From a virus (lineage: Duplodnaviria; Caudoviricetes), in the IMG/VR virus record IMGVR_UViG_3300037264_002141, positions 1-47,500 of that record: 47,500 bases of DNA. One strand, written 5' to 3'. Position numbers and translations under genes: made by a program. This document shows, piece by piece, positions 36,701-45,600 of this stretch. Numbering within the stretch: position 1 is the stretch's first letter; every line of letters starts with the position of its first letter. Under the pieces are notes generated by a model, which was given only the letters and a program-made list of their open reading frames with translations, made no database searches and was not told the origin of the DNA.

Positions 36701-38000
36701 CCTGACCCTGCTGCGCCCGCCTGGCTTGACTCTGGGCGTGTGCTGCGGAGAGGAGCGGGCCGCCGGCGACCGTGAAGGCGAATGCCTGCAGGGCGCCGAC
36801 CGCCTCCTGGCCGAGGTCCTCGAGGATGCTCGGCGCGCCGGTCGATGACGGTTCTGTTAGTTTCCGGCGTTCGATGTCCTGTCCAGACGCCGCCTTCCCT
36901 AGCTCGCCGGACATGATGGTCACGGCCCGCTGGGCGACTTCCGTCGCCGTCTCCCAGGTCAAGGTGCCGGCGTAGCTCTTCATGGCGTCCGCCAGGCCGG
37001 CCCGGACGGTCGGGATGGTGAGGGCCTTCTTGACCGCCTGCCGGACGGCCAGAGCGCTGAGCTTGTTGAGACCCGGGATGCTCTTGAGGAGGATCTGAAA
37101 GCTAAACGCCTCGAGCCCGGCGTTGAGGGCGCCCGTGGCGATCGCCGCAGCCCGGGCGACGGCTGGGTCCAGCGGCTGGCCGTGCTCGTCGTGAAATTGC
37201 TCATACTCGTCGAGGGCGTTCCCCGCTTCGATCTCGAATCCAAACTTGCCGGCGCCGTAGACCACGCCAGCTTGGAACCCGAGCCGGCCGCCCGCCAACG
37301 CGCCGGCCACGGTGCCCACCCCTGGCACGACGGAACCGACGAGCGCCCCGCCGGCGCCGAGGCCCGCCGCCCCGACCGCGCCATACTTTAGGGCATAGAG
37401 GGACGCGCCGAAGAGGTTAGGGACCTGGCCGTAGCCGCCGACGACGGCCTTGCGGAACCAGCTCGTGCCCGCGCCGAACTCACCGCCGGCCTGCATGTGG
37501 AACTTGTAGGCGTTGAGTTGGTCCTGCTCCTCGCGCGTGAGCGTGCGGAAGATGCTCTCCGTCTTGAGCTGGCCGAAGCGGACCTGGTTCACGCCTTGAG
37601 AGAATGACCGTTGCGGCGCCGTGAGCATCCACTCGAGGAAGCCGAGCTGCTCGAGGTCGTCCGCGGCCACCTTCATGTTCTCCGGCTCTTGCGCCCACTC
37701 GACGAGCGCCGGCGTCTGCCGGACCATCTCCGCATACGGCGAGCCCTCGAGCGCGGCCCGCTTCTTGATCTCGTCGAAGTTCCGTTCGACCACGTCGACC
37801 GGCAGGCCGAGCTGGCGGCCGATCCGGATGGCCTCCGCGGTCCGCTCCGGCGTCGACGCTTGCGCGGCGGCCGTCGCCTGGCGGAGCCCGCGCTCGTTCG
37901 CCTGCTGCTGTTGGTCGATGATGGCGAGGTAGGGATTGGCCGGCGCGACTTGCGGCGGCTCGAGATCCTCGAGCGTCTCGTCGTAGACGTTGCCGGCCAT
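27714..38000 (-). CDS. Giant polyvalent internal virion/ejection protein (3 ART-like + GNAT + zincin domains)
   Basis: About 3,430 aa in the last ejection-protein slot. Three [FY]HG...G.[FY]FS modules, GNAT RAGLG..VM/RFYRRFGF, and STFLHETGH. TGATG overlap sets the start at 38000. Confidence 0.9.
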   Translation of the reverse strand: MAGNVYDETLEDLEPPQVAPANPYLAIIDQQQQANERGLRQATAAAQASTPERTAEAIRIGRQLGLPVDVVERNFDEIKKRAALEGSPYAEMVRQTPALVEWAQEPENMKVAADDLEQLGFLEWMLTAPQRSFSQGVNQVRFGQLKTESIFRTLTREEQDQLNAYKFHMQAGGEFGAGTSWFRKAVVGGYGQVPNLFGASLYALKYGAVGAAGLGAGGALVGSVVPGVGTVAGALAGGRLGFQAGVVYGAGKFGFEIEAGNALDEYEQFHDEHGQPLDPAVARAAAIATGALNAGLEAFSFQILLKSIPGLNKLSALAVRQAVKKALTIPTVRAGLADAMKSYAGTLTWETATEVAQRAVTIMSGELGKAASGQDIERRKLTEPSSTGAPSILEDLGQEAVGALQAFAFTVAGGPLLSAAHAQSQARRAQQGQAFFTALGQGVTGSKTFQRLPEAAQTFVARVTKDGPLEHVYAPVESWITYWQSQGLDPAAVASEVTGQGDALAVAQRTGEDLVIPTARYATAIAGTPHNAFFARELRFAPGEMNAREGEAFEAALTETAEAEAVPGEDRAAAVREAVIARLVEASTPVRVAERYADLYASAFEQVAAIEEVDPRDVYRQYGFAVTREAEAAPAAPAVTGPTPTEAAAPLGTVVAPTTEGLAASSAPGAQLTAIEPEIPGLAALEADLGGATIEQVEDAGTGINAAGESAASREAIDRQAAMQAAGQTFGVYDRAGRFRRLADVSAQDYVPVTGETFGILSPTGFQVLTENGGRVPLDTTEDVANIAKERHAEPVAAPPAGPVVRDRGGERGAPDTERRAEAARDELRLEPVELPAPDPDEIFSRKSAKENARRFTPEVLRELDRIFDELESFPFIPHSWSWLGPGEQHTGNAAGGKANIVGGAAGAEVYHDILAFAPVGRVTHGRRKGQPAKAPSGSRNHVRGVVAETIKTKDIQTGLAEGAVRVAERRAVGDHSVISLPYLPPSWGRIVDDAFTNAVSDAITDDLEATNLLDEASMEADILEPEGPVDTSFNVDEFYQSLFDEVTPDTGVETLTTPTTDRPQQPAPAAEPPARKVRKGSRVTFQGKDYFLAKIYQTHVDLQEWAYHERGFPLVSSGFLSVPIRQFWKGHQPGPVAVSEVLFHGDERAGLQVLTAERPEGLPIKGDSSVLGVFFSATPLAAEHYAGKGGAVYQATVTGDLYELSEKEFQGLDSVAAFRARRERLKQAGYVGVRIPHLEEVAVWDQAAIVMVGAAAEPTQADVLDTGELQPRLPGDVGAVRDLNVPTPEFELPFALTAQVARRAGKQTTLFQPVYHGTAAKFEAFSLHAIGTGEGAQAYGWGLYFSSLREIAETYRKSLAGPGQEKSLALDGERIFGPQVTALYRDFTLDATLHTGILELYARVYFEPPGKAGIARIRQSVERAIANLTLHAQAGTTWSGDRNRDKFDLEKNQAALHVLDTYGDRLDILPAVKTGRVYKVEIPEDDDFLSWDLAASRQSPKVQAALQALGLTWTPDKTPTLRQAAHLFETKHVEALAREDVGIRETLREGRHYVLTADEKAFDLWYQRNAGLFRARGRLEPTGEGVYEDLLARVLDEELAATPPAAVATRSSLSARAEQASRRLNSVGIAGIRYLDGYSRSKAEGTQNYVVFDDRLVQITEFYQRLEPARQLTTADVQAWANDLKARTGPDLEALDLYLTVQGDLKLDVIAIRRGAARAGLGGRVMQELTRYADRNGLRIVLTLAPKGYQPIAGGVKTTSKDRLARFYRRFGFVRNAGRHMDYSLTASMYREPTIGPTLPSTVSGQLRTESPAFRNWFGRSQVVDDTGAPLRVYHGTTQTFTEFDRTRANLESDFGRGFYFSNNPRDVEENYAGIGPDLENKIERRIDELAREEDIAYNDVETRKGLRARAEEEFLANQGSTMAVFLKLENPAILGGDGESWLDMTQATDEEGEFLDVEPTGTLIDFIAALRDVASQYEDGTVDGVILELLEEAGYETLKVRDALEVLRKNEQFGYYTERLPSGHMASNEIVRLALQCVGFDGIIDRTVDLKFGSHRRVGKAMAGVDEDTVHYIAFEPTQIKNAIGNRGTYDPMSPSMLEQEKRGAIRFGADRQFTIALLEKADLSTFLHETGHFFLEIMGDLAERLETRDPSALTDRQRRFLGDYHGALEHLGAARREDLTEAQHEEFARTFEAYLLEGRAPSLALEGAFASFRAWLLGVYRSLINLHVRLTPEVTAIFDRLLASDLAIAQAEQRRGVPAMFTTADTAGMTVAQFGLYRETVARASRTARQQLDAKLLAEVRREQEESWKAQRDEIRTEVEAEVYARREYRALSAVLRGTHPNGDALVEGLETKPLRLSRALIVQTFGEARLKRLPRFSYVKDAGVDPETVAGMFGYTSADELLTALEDVAPMRQVIEQQTTARMLHEHGSMLLDGTLGEIAQAAVANEDRDSIIRAELRALTQLKRTVAPFERAGEERVAAERRERAYERRWFEAEGKLRVAIATGRKQVEIDQLQDEVRNLRQKARGGPAVIAAAIPPAALIQRTARARIVRMKIGQIKPALFWSASRRAGQQAIDHAARQDFDGAIAAKQQELLNLALYREAERTLEDIAIRVRFAKDLNSKASRARLGLAGQNYQDQVDGILDAYEFARVPAKALERRGSLAKFLAGLEAAGLPVPDALPVELQDEARRTNYQNLTVEELVGITDGLKMIVHLARLKNKLLKAQDEREFAEVRTAIVESIRTHSKVSPLPLEFTAGDEVTRRASDWFASHTKIAQLAAALDGYVDGGPMWRYIIKPINDATDAETRRNAEAGGAYTAILERFYTSKDLSHFATQRFIPAIGASLSKEARLSLALNWGNQTSRDRILADPRRKWGLQQVAAILETLDKRDWDFVQATWDFLDGFWPEIVAKQERVVGVAPEKVEALTVQTAFGDYRGGYYPLMYDPRLNLRSQQLEAASEARGILQAAYVSNTTKRGHIETRKAHVKLSVRLDLGVVFQHVQQVLHDLTHHEMLLDAQRILRDSSVSNAIFETKGDIVYQQFTRMLQDIALGNINGRRATILDRAATFARQGTQLSVLGLNLWTAVQQPLGVFNGMARVGPVWVARGIKRWLRDAAHLESTIKWIYSVSPMMKYRLYTQTQDLSDLRLELRRAGGFFDRLVRKVSFDTLTQTALLDGYMFHIGLAQRVADVPTWLGMYEKTKAGGGTEAEAIALADQAVLDSQGAGQLKDLAQVQRGGPVARLFMVFYTYGNTVFNQTARELGKTNYRSPVEVLEMLGNLSLIYVMPAFLTIAMSRAFGRTGGDDDDSWVEFVKNVGQEILSTALNTMVLVRELGGLVGDGTRGYAGPAGARLLQLAYQTGTQVKQGELDEAFFKSINQTGGIVFRYPAAQVERTVRGVIALEEGRTTSPAAVLFGPKVKGAK

Positions 38001-39772
38001 CAGCGCACCGTCCGCAGTTTCGTCTCGATCCACACGTCGAGCACGGTCACGTCACTGACGGGCCGGCCCTTGGCGCGAAGGGCTTGCTCGATGAGGAGCC
38101 GGTCCGCGGCCGGGATGTCTTCGACCGTCGTGTCGATCAACCGCTTCTGGACGTCAAAGAACGGCCGGCCGCCGGGCCAGAAGTTCCAGAAGTTCCCCGG
38201 GATCGTGTCCGTCGCACCGAGGAGCCCGTCGAGCATGCGTTGCATGTCGACGTTCGTCGGCTTCTTCCCGATGAGGTCCTCGAAGGTCTGCACGCGGAGA
38301 TCCAGCATGCGCCGAAGCTGCGCGATCGCGGCGGCCTCCTTCGTGCCGGCCTTCGGATTCGGATCGATCTTGAACGCCGCCAGGGCGCCGTCGAGGATCT
38401 CTGTCTTCGTCTGGAAGCCGCCCAGCTCCTTATCGGCTGACCGCTGGTCCCCTTGCCGAAGGGCGAGCTGCAGACTCGTGAGCTGCTTGAACTCCACCTC
38501 TCCAAGTTCATTGCGATGGCCGAGCAGGTTCTCCTTGATGAAGCTCGCCGGGTCGTCCCCGGCCGCCTGCATCAGCACATAGTAAGCGTGCCAGTCGGTT
38601 TCAACCGGGATCCCCTTCGCGAGGGCGTTCGCATACCCGCGCAGCGCCGACCGCGTCGACCCGTCGAGGTTCGCCCACTTGCCCGGCGGGATCTTTGTGA
38701 CGTCGTGCGTCCGGTCGACCACGTCATAGATGATCCGCAACTCCGCCTCGTCATTGTCGCGCCAGGTCTTTTCTTGAACGGCCGCCTCGTGCTCGAGTCG
38801 TTGCATGACCGAGTCACGGACCTCCGGGTCCTCGATCGCGCGGGCCTGCTCGCGTTGCTGGGTCAGCGTGCCGCCGGCGGCTAGGATGGCGTCCGCCCGT
38901 TCCTGTGCTTGCTTTCGGACCTTCCCCTCGTCGAGGGCCTTCTCGATCCGGGCGATCGCCGTGCCGGTGATCTGACTCCGGGTCTCCTCGAAATAGATCT
39001 CGGCGGTCTTCGTGAGATCTTGTGCCAGCAACGAGTCGATCACGCCGACGTGAATCTCCGTCTGCACCGCCTCGACTTGCTGGGCGATCTCTTTCGGCCC
39101 GAGGCCGAGGCGCGGACCGTGCGTCGTGATCGCACTCACCGCCGTCGACAACTCCAGGCCCACGGCCCGCGGGTCCGTGGCCTTCGCGATCGCCGCGTTC
39201 CGGGCGTTGACCACCGTCGCCTGCAGCTCTTGCCCTTCATACCGCTGCATCTCCGTGTAGACGTGCCGGCGGAGCGTGAGGTCGAGCGTCACCGCTCGCG
39301 TGCTGGCGATCTTCGCGGCGGCGATCCGCTGGGTGTCGTTTGTCAGCTCGGCGGCGAGGCTGCCGGTGAGCTCGGCGTATTCACTCGCGATCGTTTCCGG
39401 CAAGCCGAAACTGTCGGTCCCGTGCTTCGTGAGGGCGCCCGTCTCCGGGTTGTAGAGGCGATCGTTTTCCCACTCGGCGATCCCGCGCTGGTAATGGAGC
39501 ACGGCGATGTCGTCCGCGCGGTCCTGCTCTTCCTTCCGCATGGCGATCGCCTGTTTGCCGAGAACGTGGCTCACCTCCCCGAGTGTGCCGCCGAATTGCG
39601 CGATCGCCGATCCCACCGCGACGCCGGCGCGCCCTTGGGTGAGCGCCAGCTCCGCCCGCTTCTGCTCAACGCCGACGCCGGCGCTCAGCTCCGTCGCGGC
39701 CGCCGTCTTCCGCACCGATGGAAGCGGCGCCGTGAGGACTTTGCGCGGACCGTAGACAGGCACCACAGGCAT
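38000..39772 (-). CDS. Internal virion/ejection protein (590 aa, helical)
   Basis: MPVVPVYG start, LYNPETGALTKHG..S.G motif; position between the small and giant ejection proteins. Confidence 0.75.
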   Translation of the reverse strand: MPVVPVYGPRKVLTAPLPSVRKTAAATELSAGVGVEQKRAELALTQGRAGVAVGSAIAQFGGTLGEVSHVLGKQAIAMRKEEQDRADDIAVLHYQRGIAEWENDRLYNPETGALTKHGTDSFGLPETIASEYAELTGSLAAELTNDTQRIAAAKIASTRAVTLDLTLRRHVYTEMQRYEGQELQATVVNARNAAIAKATDPRAVGLELSTAVSAITTHGPRLGLGPKEIAQQVEAVQTEIHVGVIDSLLAQDLTKTAEIYFEETRSQITGTAIARIEKALDEGKVRKQAQERADAILAAGGTLTQQREQARAIEDPEVRDSVMQRLEHEAAVQEKTWRDNDEAELRIIYDVVDRTHDVTKIPPGKWANLDGSTRSALRGYANALAKGIPVETDWHAYYVLMQAAGDDPASFIKENLLGHRNELGEVEFKQLTSLQLALRQGDQRSADKELGGFQTKTEILDGALAAFKIDPNPKAGTKEAAAIAQLRRMLDLRVQTFEDLIGKKPTNVDMQRMLDGLLGATDTIPGNFWNFWPGGRPFFDVQKRLIDTTVEDIPAADRLLIEQALRAKGRPVSDVTVLDVWIETKLRTVR

Positions 39773-39780
39773 GAAGACCT

Positions 39781-40410
39781 CTAGGCGTGCTTGAACCCAT
39801 ACCGCAATTGCAACAACGACGCCCCGCCGCCGAGCAGCGAACTCGCCGCGCCGTAGTAGCTCGCCGTGGCGGCGGTCTGCCCCTGCACGCGCGTCGCCTG
39901 CGCGCCAATCCGCCCCATCTCCGCCAGGTTGCGGCCTTCTTGGCGCATGATCGCCGCGCGCCGACGGAGATCCTCCCCTTGCACGTTATACCCCCACGCC
40001 TCCCGGGCCGCGTTTGTGCGGATCGTGAGCGCGTCCAGCTCGCCGAGGAAGGCGGCGTCCGCCTGCACGTCGACGGCGGATCCATAGCTCACGTCGATGT
40101 TGCCGGCGGCGAAACCGACCCGCTGCGCCGCGATGGCGCTCCGGATCTGCGTCCGGAAGCGGCTCTCTTCCTCCGCGCCGCGGCCGACCGCGTCGAGGGC
40201 CTGCAGCGCGGCCACTTGCGCGTTGTAGTCGGCGAGGCCCGCCTCCGACTCGCTCACTTGTTGCTGGAGCTGGCCGCCTTTTTCCTGTGCGGCGCCGGCC
40301 GTCGTCGCGGCCTTCTTCGCCGCCTTCCCGGCCTTGACCTGGCCGTAGACAGAGACGGCGGTCGAGCCGGCCGCGAGCGCGAGCAAGGCGATGGTTGTGA
40401 AGGCCGCCAT
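39781..40410 (-). CDS. Small internal virion/ejection protein (T7 gp14-like slot)
   Basis: Ala/Gln-rich; FAAGNIDVSYGSAVDV, ELDALTIRTNAAREAWGY. Confidence 0.8.
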   Translation of the reverse strand: MAAFTTIALLALAAGSTAVSVYGQVKAGKAAKKAATTAGAAQEKGGQLQQQVSESEAGLADYNAQVAALQALDAVGRGAEEESRFRTQIRSAIAAQRVGFAAGNIDVSYGSAVDVQADAAFLGELDALTIRTNAAREAWGYNVQGEDLRRRAAIMRQEGRNLAEMGRIGAQATRVQGQTAATASYYGAASSLLGGGASLLQLRYGFKHA

Positions 40411-40412
40411 CG

Positions 40413-42653
40413 TTAGCCTCCGACCTCAACCGGCGGCAGCACGCCGAGGATGCTGACCGGGAGCGGGTCCTGCTGTCGAATGAGGATCCGCCCCTCATTG
40501 TCGAACCGGGCGATCACGCTCATCTCGAGCTGGCCGGTGAAGGGCAGAACCTGTGACGTCCCTTCCTGCGGCGTCAGTTTGTATTGATACAAGCTCGTCG
40601 CATCCGGGCCGGCGTAGAACGATCGCGACGTGGCGTCGACGAGAATGTTGAGCGCCGGGAGTCGCTTGCGCTTGGCGCGCACGTCGGAGCCGGCCACGTC
40701 GAGATCCAAGGTTTCGATCTCCGCGAACCGAATCGGCAGGCCGGCGTGAATCACGGAGTAGCCCGTCGCCGGCGCCACGGGAGCCGGCAAGGTCACGCTG
40801 CCGCCGACGACGCGAAACAGCGGCGCGTTGCCGCCGGCCGGGTCCCCGTTATAGAGGACCGCCCCGTCCGCCAACACCGCCAGGACCTGGCCCTCAAGAT
40901 GCCCGATCCCACCGATGACCGTCACCGGCGCGCCGTCCCAGCTCAGTCCGCTGTCCACGAAGAAGGCATCGGAAATGAACGTGAAGATCTCCCGGCGCTC
41001 GAGTTTCTCGATGAAGCGATGATACACACCGCCGATCGTCCGGCGCACGATGAGGTAGACGACATCTTCGCCCGCCTCCGGGACGACACACACGTGCTGG
41101 AACATCCCGGCGGCCCCCGTGTCGTGCCGGTGCCAGCCCCAGACCTCCTCTTCGCGGAGGTAGGTGAGTCCGAGGAGGGTCCCATCGGAACGGCAACACC
41201 AGACGATCGAGTGCGGCGTCTGCTGGTAGGCGACATCGTCGAGGCTGTAACCGTCGAACAGGTGCGACGCGAAGAGGCTCAGGTCCTTGCCGCCGAGGCC
41301 CTCGACGGTGTAGTCGAACCGGAGATCCCGTAGGATGGCCCCGCGGCTCTGCACGTAGAGGATCGCGTTCCCGATGACCACAGGGGTCACGTCGGCCACA
41401 CCGAAATACGTCTCTTGATCCGCCTCGAGACTCGAGGGCGTCAGTGGGATCCGCGGCTCGCCGACACTCCACTCCCCGGCGTCGGTCAACACCACGAGCT
41501 GCTTGAGGCCGATCAGATGACGGATCGGATTGTGCTGCGCGCCAGCGATCTTGAACGTCAGGGCGTCGTCGTCCTGCAGGGGACTCGAGACGCCGAAATT
41601 GCTATGAAAGCCGGTCCGCGAGCCCCAGATGCTATCGGGGTTGAGGATCGTATTCCCGAAGAAGCGTCGCTGTTGGTAGTAGGTCGCTCGCTTCGGATAG
41701 TTCCCGGCGGTCGTGAAGAGGATCCGCGCTAGCGGCGGCGTGACGGCAAAGTCCGGCGTGAAACCCACGTCACGAAAGCTCAAGATTCCCGTCGCCGTGC
41801 CGATGAAGCCGAACGTCCCGTTCCCGTAGGGATCGCAGTAGACGTAATACTCCGCGGCGCCCACGGCGGCCGTCCACTGCAGCACGTGGGGCGCCGCCGG
41901 CGTCGGTTCCGACACGTTCGCCGCCTGCGCGACGATTGACGGCTCGCTCTCTTCGTAACTCTCAAGGGCGCCGGCCGTGACCTTGTAGGCGTAGGTGAGG
42001 GTGCCGGCGCCGCCCGGCGTGAGGATCGGACCCGTGGGCGGGAGGATCGTCGGCGCCGTCGAGACCTGCCGGATGACCCAGACCGTTGTGGCGACAAAGA
42101 TCAGCTCGTGCGGAGCCACGACGCCGGCGCCCGAGGTCAGGGTGATGACGTTTCCGCTCTGGGCGTGGTGGCACAAGCTCGTCCCGAAGGGCGACGGCAA
42201 CTCAAGCAGCGCCCCGGGCATCGCATACCAATAGGCGGCATTCGGAGGCGCGATCCCGCCGCCCGTGTCTTGCCGGCAGTAGTAATTCACACCGTCGCTG
42301 ACACAGATGTCGCCGATGACGTAATCCGTTGCCCCGTTGTAGGCCGCCACGCCGGCCAGTTCGACCGCAGCGCCGTTCTTGAAGAAACGGAGATACCCGT
42401 TCCCGACCTCGATCAGGATGCTCTCCCCGATCGTTTCCGACACGTAGCGGATGAGCTTCACCGCTGTGCTGTTCGTCTTGCACTCCGCCACGAGGCGCGT
42501 CCCGGGCCGGTTCGCGACGCCGCCCGATCGCTGAATGAGGAAGTTCCGACAGGTCCGCAGGCCGGAGACATACTTGACCAGGTCGGCCCGCGCGTGCAGG
42601 GCCGGCGCCAGCTCGCCGCCGGCGAATGTCCGTTGAATGACCGTCTGTGCCAT
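40413..42653 (-). CDS. Tail nozzle (tail tubular protein B; T7 gp12/P22 gp10-like)
   Basis: QRTFAGGELAP.L.AR.DL..Y, RPGT, YQQRRFF, WGWHRHDT, FVDSG, PLPVSILGV. Confidence 0.9.
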   Translation of the reverse strand: MAQTVIQRTFAGGELAPALHARADLVKYVSGLRTCRNFLIQRSGGVANRPGTRLVAECKTNSTAVKLIRYVSETIGESILIEVGNGYLRFFKNGAAVELAGVAAYNGATDYVIGDICVSDGVNYYCRQDTGGGIAPPNAAYWYAMPGALLELPSPFGTSLCHHAQSGNVITLTSGAGVVAPHELIFVATTVWVIRQVSTAPTILPPTGPILTPGGAGTLTYAYKVTAGALESYEESEPSIVAQAANVSEPTPAAPHVLQWTAAVGAAEYYVYCDPYGNGTFGFIGTATGILSFRDVGFTPDFAVTPPLARILFTTAGNYPKRATYYQQRRFFGNTILNPDSIWGSRTGFHSNFGVSSPLQDDDALTFKIAGAQHNPIRHLIGLKQLVVLTDAGEWSVGEPRIPLTPSSLEADQETYFGVADVTPVVIGNAILYVQSRGAILRDLRFDYTVEGLGGKDLSLFASHLFDGYSLDDVAYQQTPHSIVWCCRSDGTLLGLTYLREEEVWGWHRHDTGAAGMFQHVCVVPEAGEDVVYLIVRRTIGGVYHRFIEKLERREIFTFISDAFFVDSGLSWDGAPVTVIGGIGHLEGQVLAVLADGAVLYNGDPAGGNAPLFRVVGGSVTLPAPVAPATGYSVIHAGLPIRFAEIETLDLDVAGSDVRAKRKRLPALNILVDATSRSFYAGPDATSLYQYKLTPQEGTSQVLPFTGQLEMSVIARFDNEGRILIRQQDPLPVSILGVLPPVEVGG

Positions 42654-42665
42654 GCATCCCCGCCG

Positions 42666-45600
42666 TCAGTTGCGGCCCGTGATCCAGTCGACGTCTCCCT
42701 CCGGGCTCTGCTGTTGCTCGCGCGCATCGCGCACGCGCGCCTCCTCGAGCGTCGCCTGATACATCGCCAGGCAGAACATGACTTTCTTCTCGTCTCGTGA
42801 GAGCGTCGGCGCCAGGCTGGCCGCGTGCCGCCACGTCAACGCCTTCCGGAAGATGCTGTCCCCACTCTCCGCGACACAGTCGAGGCGATAGGTGTATTCC
42901 AGCTCCGGGTCTTCGGCCTCGGTGTAGATGAGCGTCCCGCGGTTGTCGGTGCCCACCCGGAAGCGCGGCGGGTCCGGATCGTAGTCGCGCCGGCTCTTGT
43001 CCGGGTTGACGATCCGCCGGGCGAAGATCATCCACGAGGGCGCCCGGTAGGCATACATCCAGTCCCCGTTGGCCTCGTCGGTCGACGTCGTCGTCCAGTA
43101 GGTGACGTTGGGCGGCGTGTGGTTCGTGTGGCCCAGGACACAGTAGTAGAGGGTTGCGCCGAGCCTGACCGTGTCGCCGGTCAGATACGGCGTCGCCGCC
43201 GTCCACGCCTGCACAAGGGTGATCGCGTCGCCCGGACCGCGGACGAGCGTGAGCAGCTCGTAGCGCGTCGCGAACGCCCACGGGTAGTCTCGCAGCGTCG
43301 CGCTGGCATCGTCCGAATAGTGAAGGCGCGCCGTGACGGCTTCAACGCTCAGCTCCGTCAGGATGTTCCCGATCTGCTTCGAGATCCCGATGTAGCTGAG
43401 CGCCTTGTTCATGATCTTCACGGACGGATCGAGACAATGCTCGGAGAAGTCCCGATCCTCCTCCGGCCCTTCGGGCGCCCCGGGCCATCCCGGGCCTCCG
43501 GGCTCACCTGGCCCCGGCGGCGGCTCTTCGCCCGGTGTCTCGCTCGGCTCGTCCGGCTCCTCATCCCACGGCGTGCCGTCCCCCCCGTCCGGCATCTCTG
43601 GCTCGACGGGATAGAACTCGCCATTGATCGACCATCCCCCATTCCCCGCGGTCGCACTGCCCGGCAGGACGAAGACGTCATGCACGATGCCGTTCCCGTT
43701 GAGCGTCGACCCGACCGTGATCTGGTCGATCCCGCCCGACGTGATCGCCGTCGCGATCGTCGCGCCGCTCGTTAGGTTATAGGAGGACGTCGTTGTGTGC
43801 GACGGGTCGCGCCAGTAGCTCACGCCGTTGTGGGGCGTCACGATCGCGAAGAGCGGCCGGCGTCCGCTCGCCGGCGCCAGGGAGATCGTCCGTGAGGCCG
43901 CGCCGTCGCCGACGTAGGTCGCGAGCTGCAGGACGCGCGCCTCGCCCGGATCGTTGTTGCCGTCGTGGCGGCGCCACAGAATGAAGGCCGCGGAGAGCGC
44001 GTTCACCAGGGCCGTCACGAGCGCCGATCCGACCGTGAGGGCGTTCTCCGCCAGCGTCAAGCTGCTCGCCGCCTCCGCGGCACCAAACTGACTCGCGTAG
44101 CTCGTCGTGTGCCCGATCCCCTTCAGGAACCCCCGGACATCCGTGGACGCCGACGAGTCTTCGCCTTGCACGAGCGCGTATTCCGGGGTCCAGCCGGCGT
44201 AGCCGAGCGGTTGCACGTAGCTGTTGACCCGGACCGCCTGCAGGACGTCGGCCAGACAGAAGCGCATCCCGGGGTCACAGAACGCGATGTATTGATAGGT
44301 CTTGCCGACCGCGTTGAAGAAGGCCAGGGTCCCGACGAGTCGGATGAGCACCCGCATCGACTGGTCATCTTCCGCGACCGGCTCCGGGAAGGCCGGGTCG
44401 ACCAAGACCTCGACGGGACCGACCGCGCGATAGACGAGCTGCCCGCCGCCGTGGCCCGTGTTGAGGGGCGGCGTCCAGATCATCGGCATCTGGTTCGGGT
44501 CGGTGACGTTCCGGATAAAGAGGAAATGCACGGGCACGGCGATCGGTAGTTCGATGAGCGTGCCATTCCCGACGTAGGTCCCCCCGACGATCTCAATCGG
44601 CGAGAACGGCGGCGGGCCGGCCAGCGCCCACGGCGATCGCGGATACGCGGCGTTGTGGTGCATGAGCTGCCGCGGCTCAGGGGCCGGGTCCTCTTCGCCC
44701 GCGTCCGAGTCGGGATTCTTGTCCTCCTCGTAGAATTGGCCGAGCACCTCCGCGACGGCCTGCAGCTCGACGCACTGCGCGCCCGTGGCGCCCGTGTCCT
44801 TCACATACACGATCTCGAGGCCCTCGAGGGGCGTGAGCGGTTGCACGACGCCGCTCGGCACATAGCCGACGTAGTTCCAGGCCCACACGGCTTGTTCGGT
44901 GATCGCCGTGAGGACTTCGCCGGCGCCCGGGAACTTATACCCGAGCTGGCCGTTCGCCGGCCCGACGCGCGAGCCATGCTTACCGACGATCAAGGCCGCG
45001 ATGCCGATCGCGTTCTTGATCCGGTCAATCGAGCGGACCGCGTCCGTCACCATCGACAGCCGATCGCTGGCCGTGCTGCTCGAGAAATACGGATTCGTGG
45101 TCTCGCCGAGCGGTCGCTGCTTGAGGAGCTGCACGCTGGGGCCGGTCCACGTGCCATTCGTCGCGCTGGCGTGGTCGACGGCGATCCGGGTCACGCGCGA
45201 GCCGTTGTTCCAGTCGAGGCCCGGGAAGAGGCCCGGGCCGACGCCGGCGGTCGGCCAGTCGGAGCCGATCCAGTCGTCCACGTCGCAGACGTGCCCGTTG
45301 CTGGCGATCCCGTCCCCGATGCGCGACCAATTCCCGAGCTGCGATTGCCCGAGGCCCGTCGTCCCGAACTCTGAGGAGCCCGAGAACTTCAGCGCGCCGT
45401 CCAGACAGAGCAGGAAGGCGCACGGGATCGCGCCATCGTAAAACCGCCAGAGCACGTCGATCCGGGTCCACGTGTGCAGCGTGAGCCCGTCGACCGTCGC
45501 GATCGGGATGGGCGCCCACGTCAGATCCGACCCGCCCTCAATGAGGAGCTGGCCGCTGGTCGTGATCGACAAGCGCACTCCGCCAGCCGGCGTGCTGGCC

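Noticed and set aside
27714-38000. Intein or virion RNA polymerase within the giant protein
   Set aside because: No intein splice motifs or RNA polymerase catalytic motifs were recognised.
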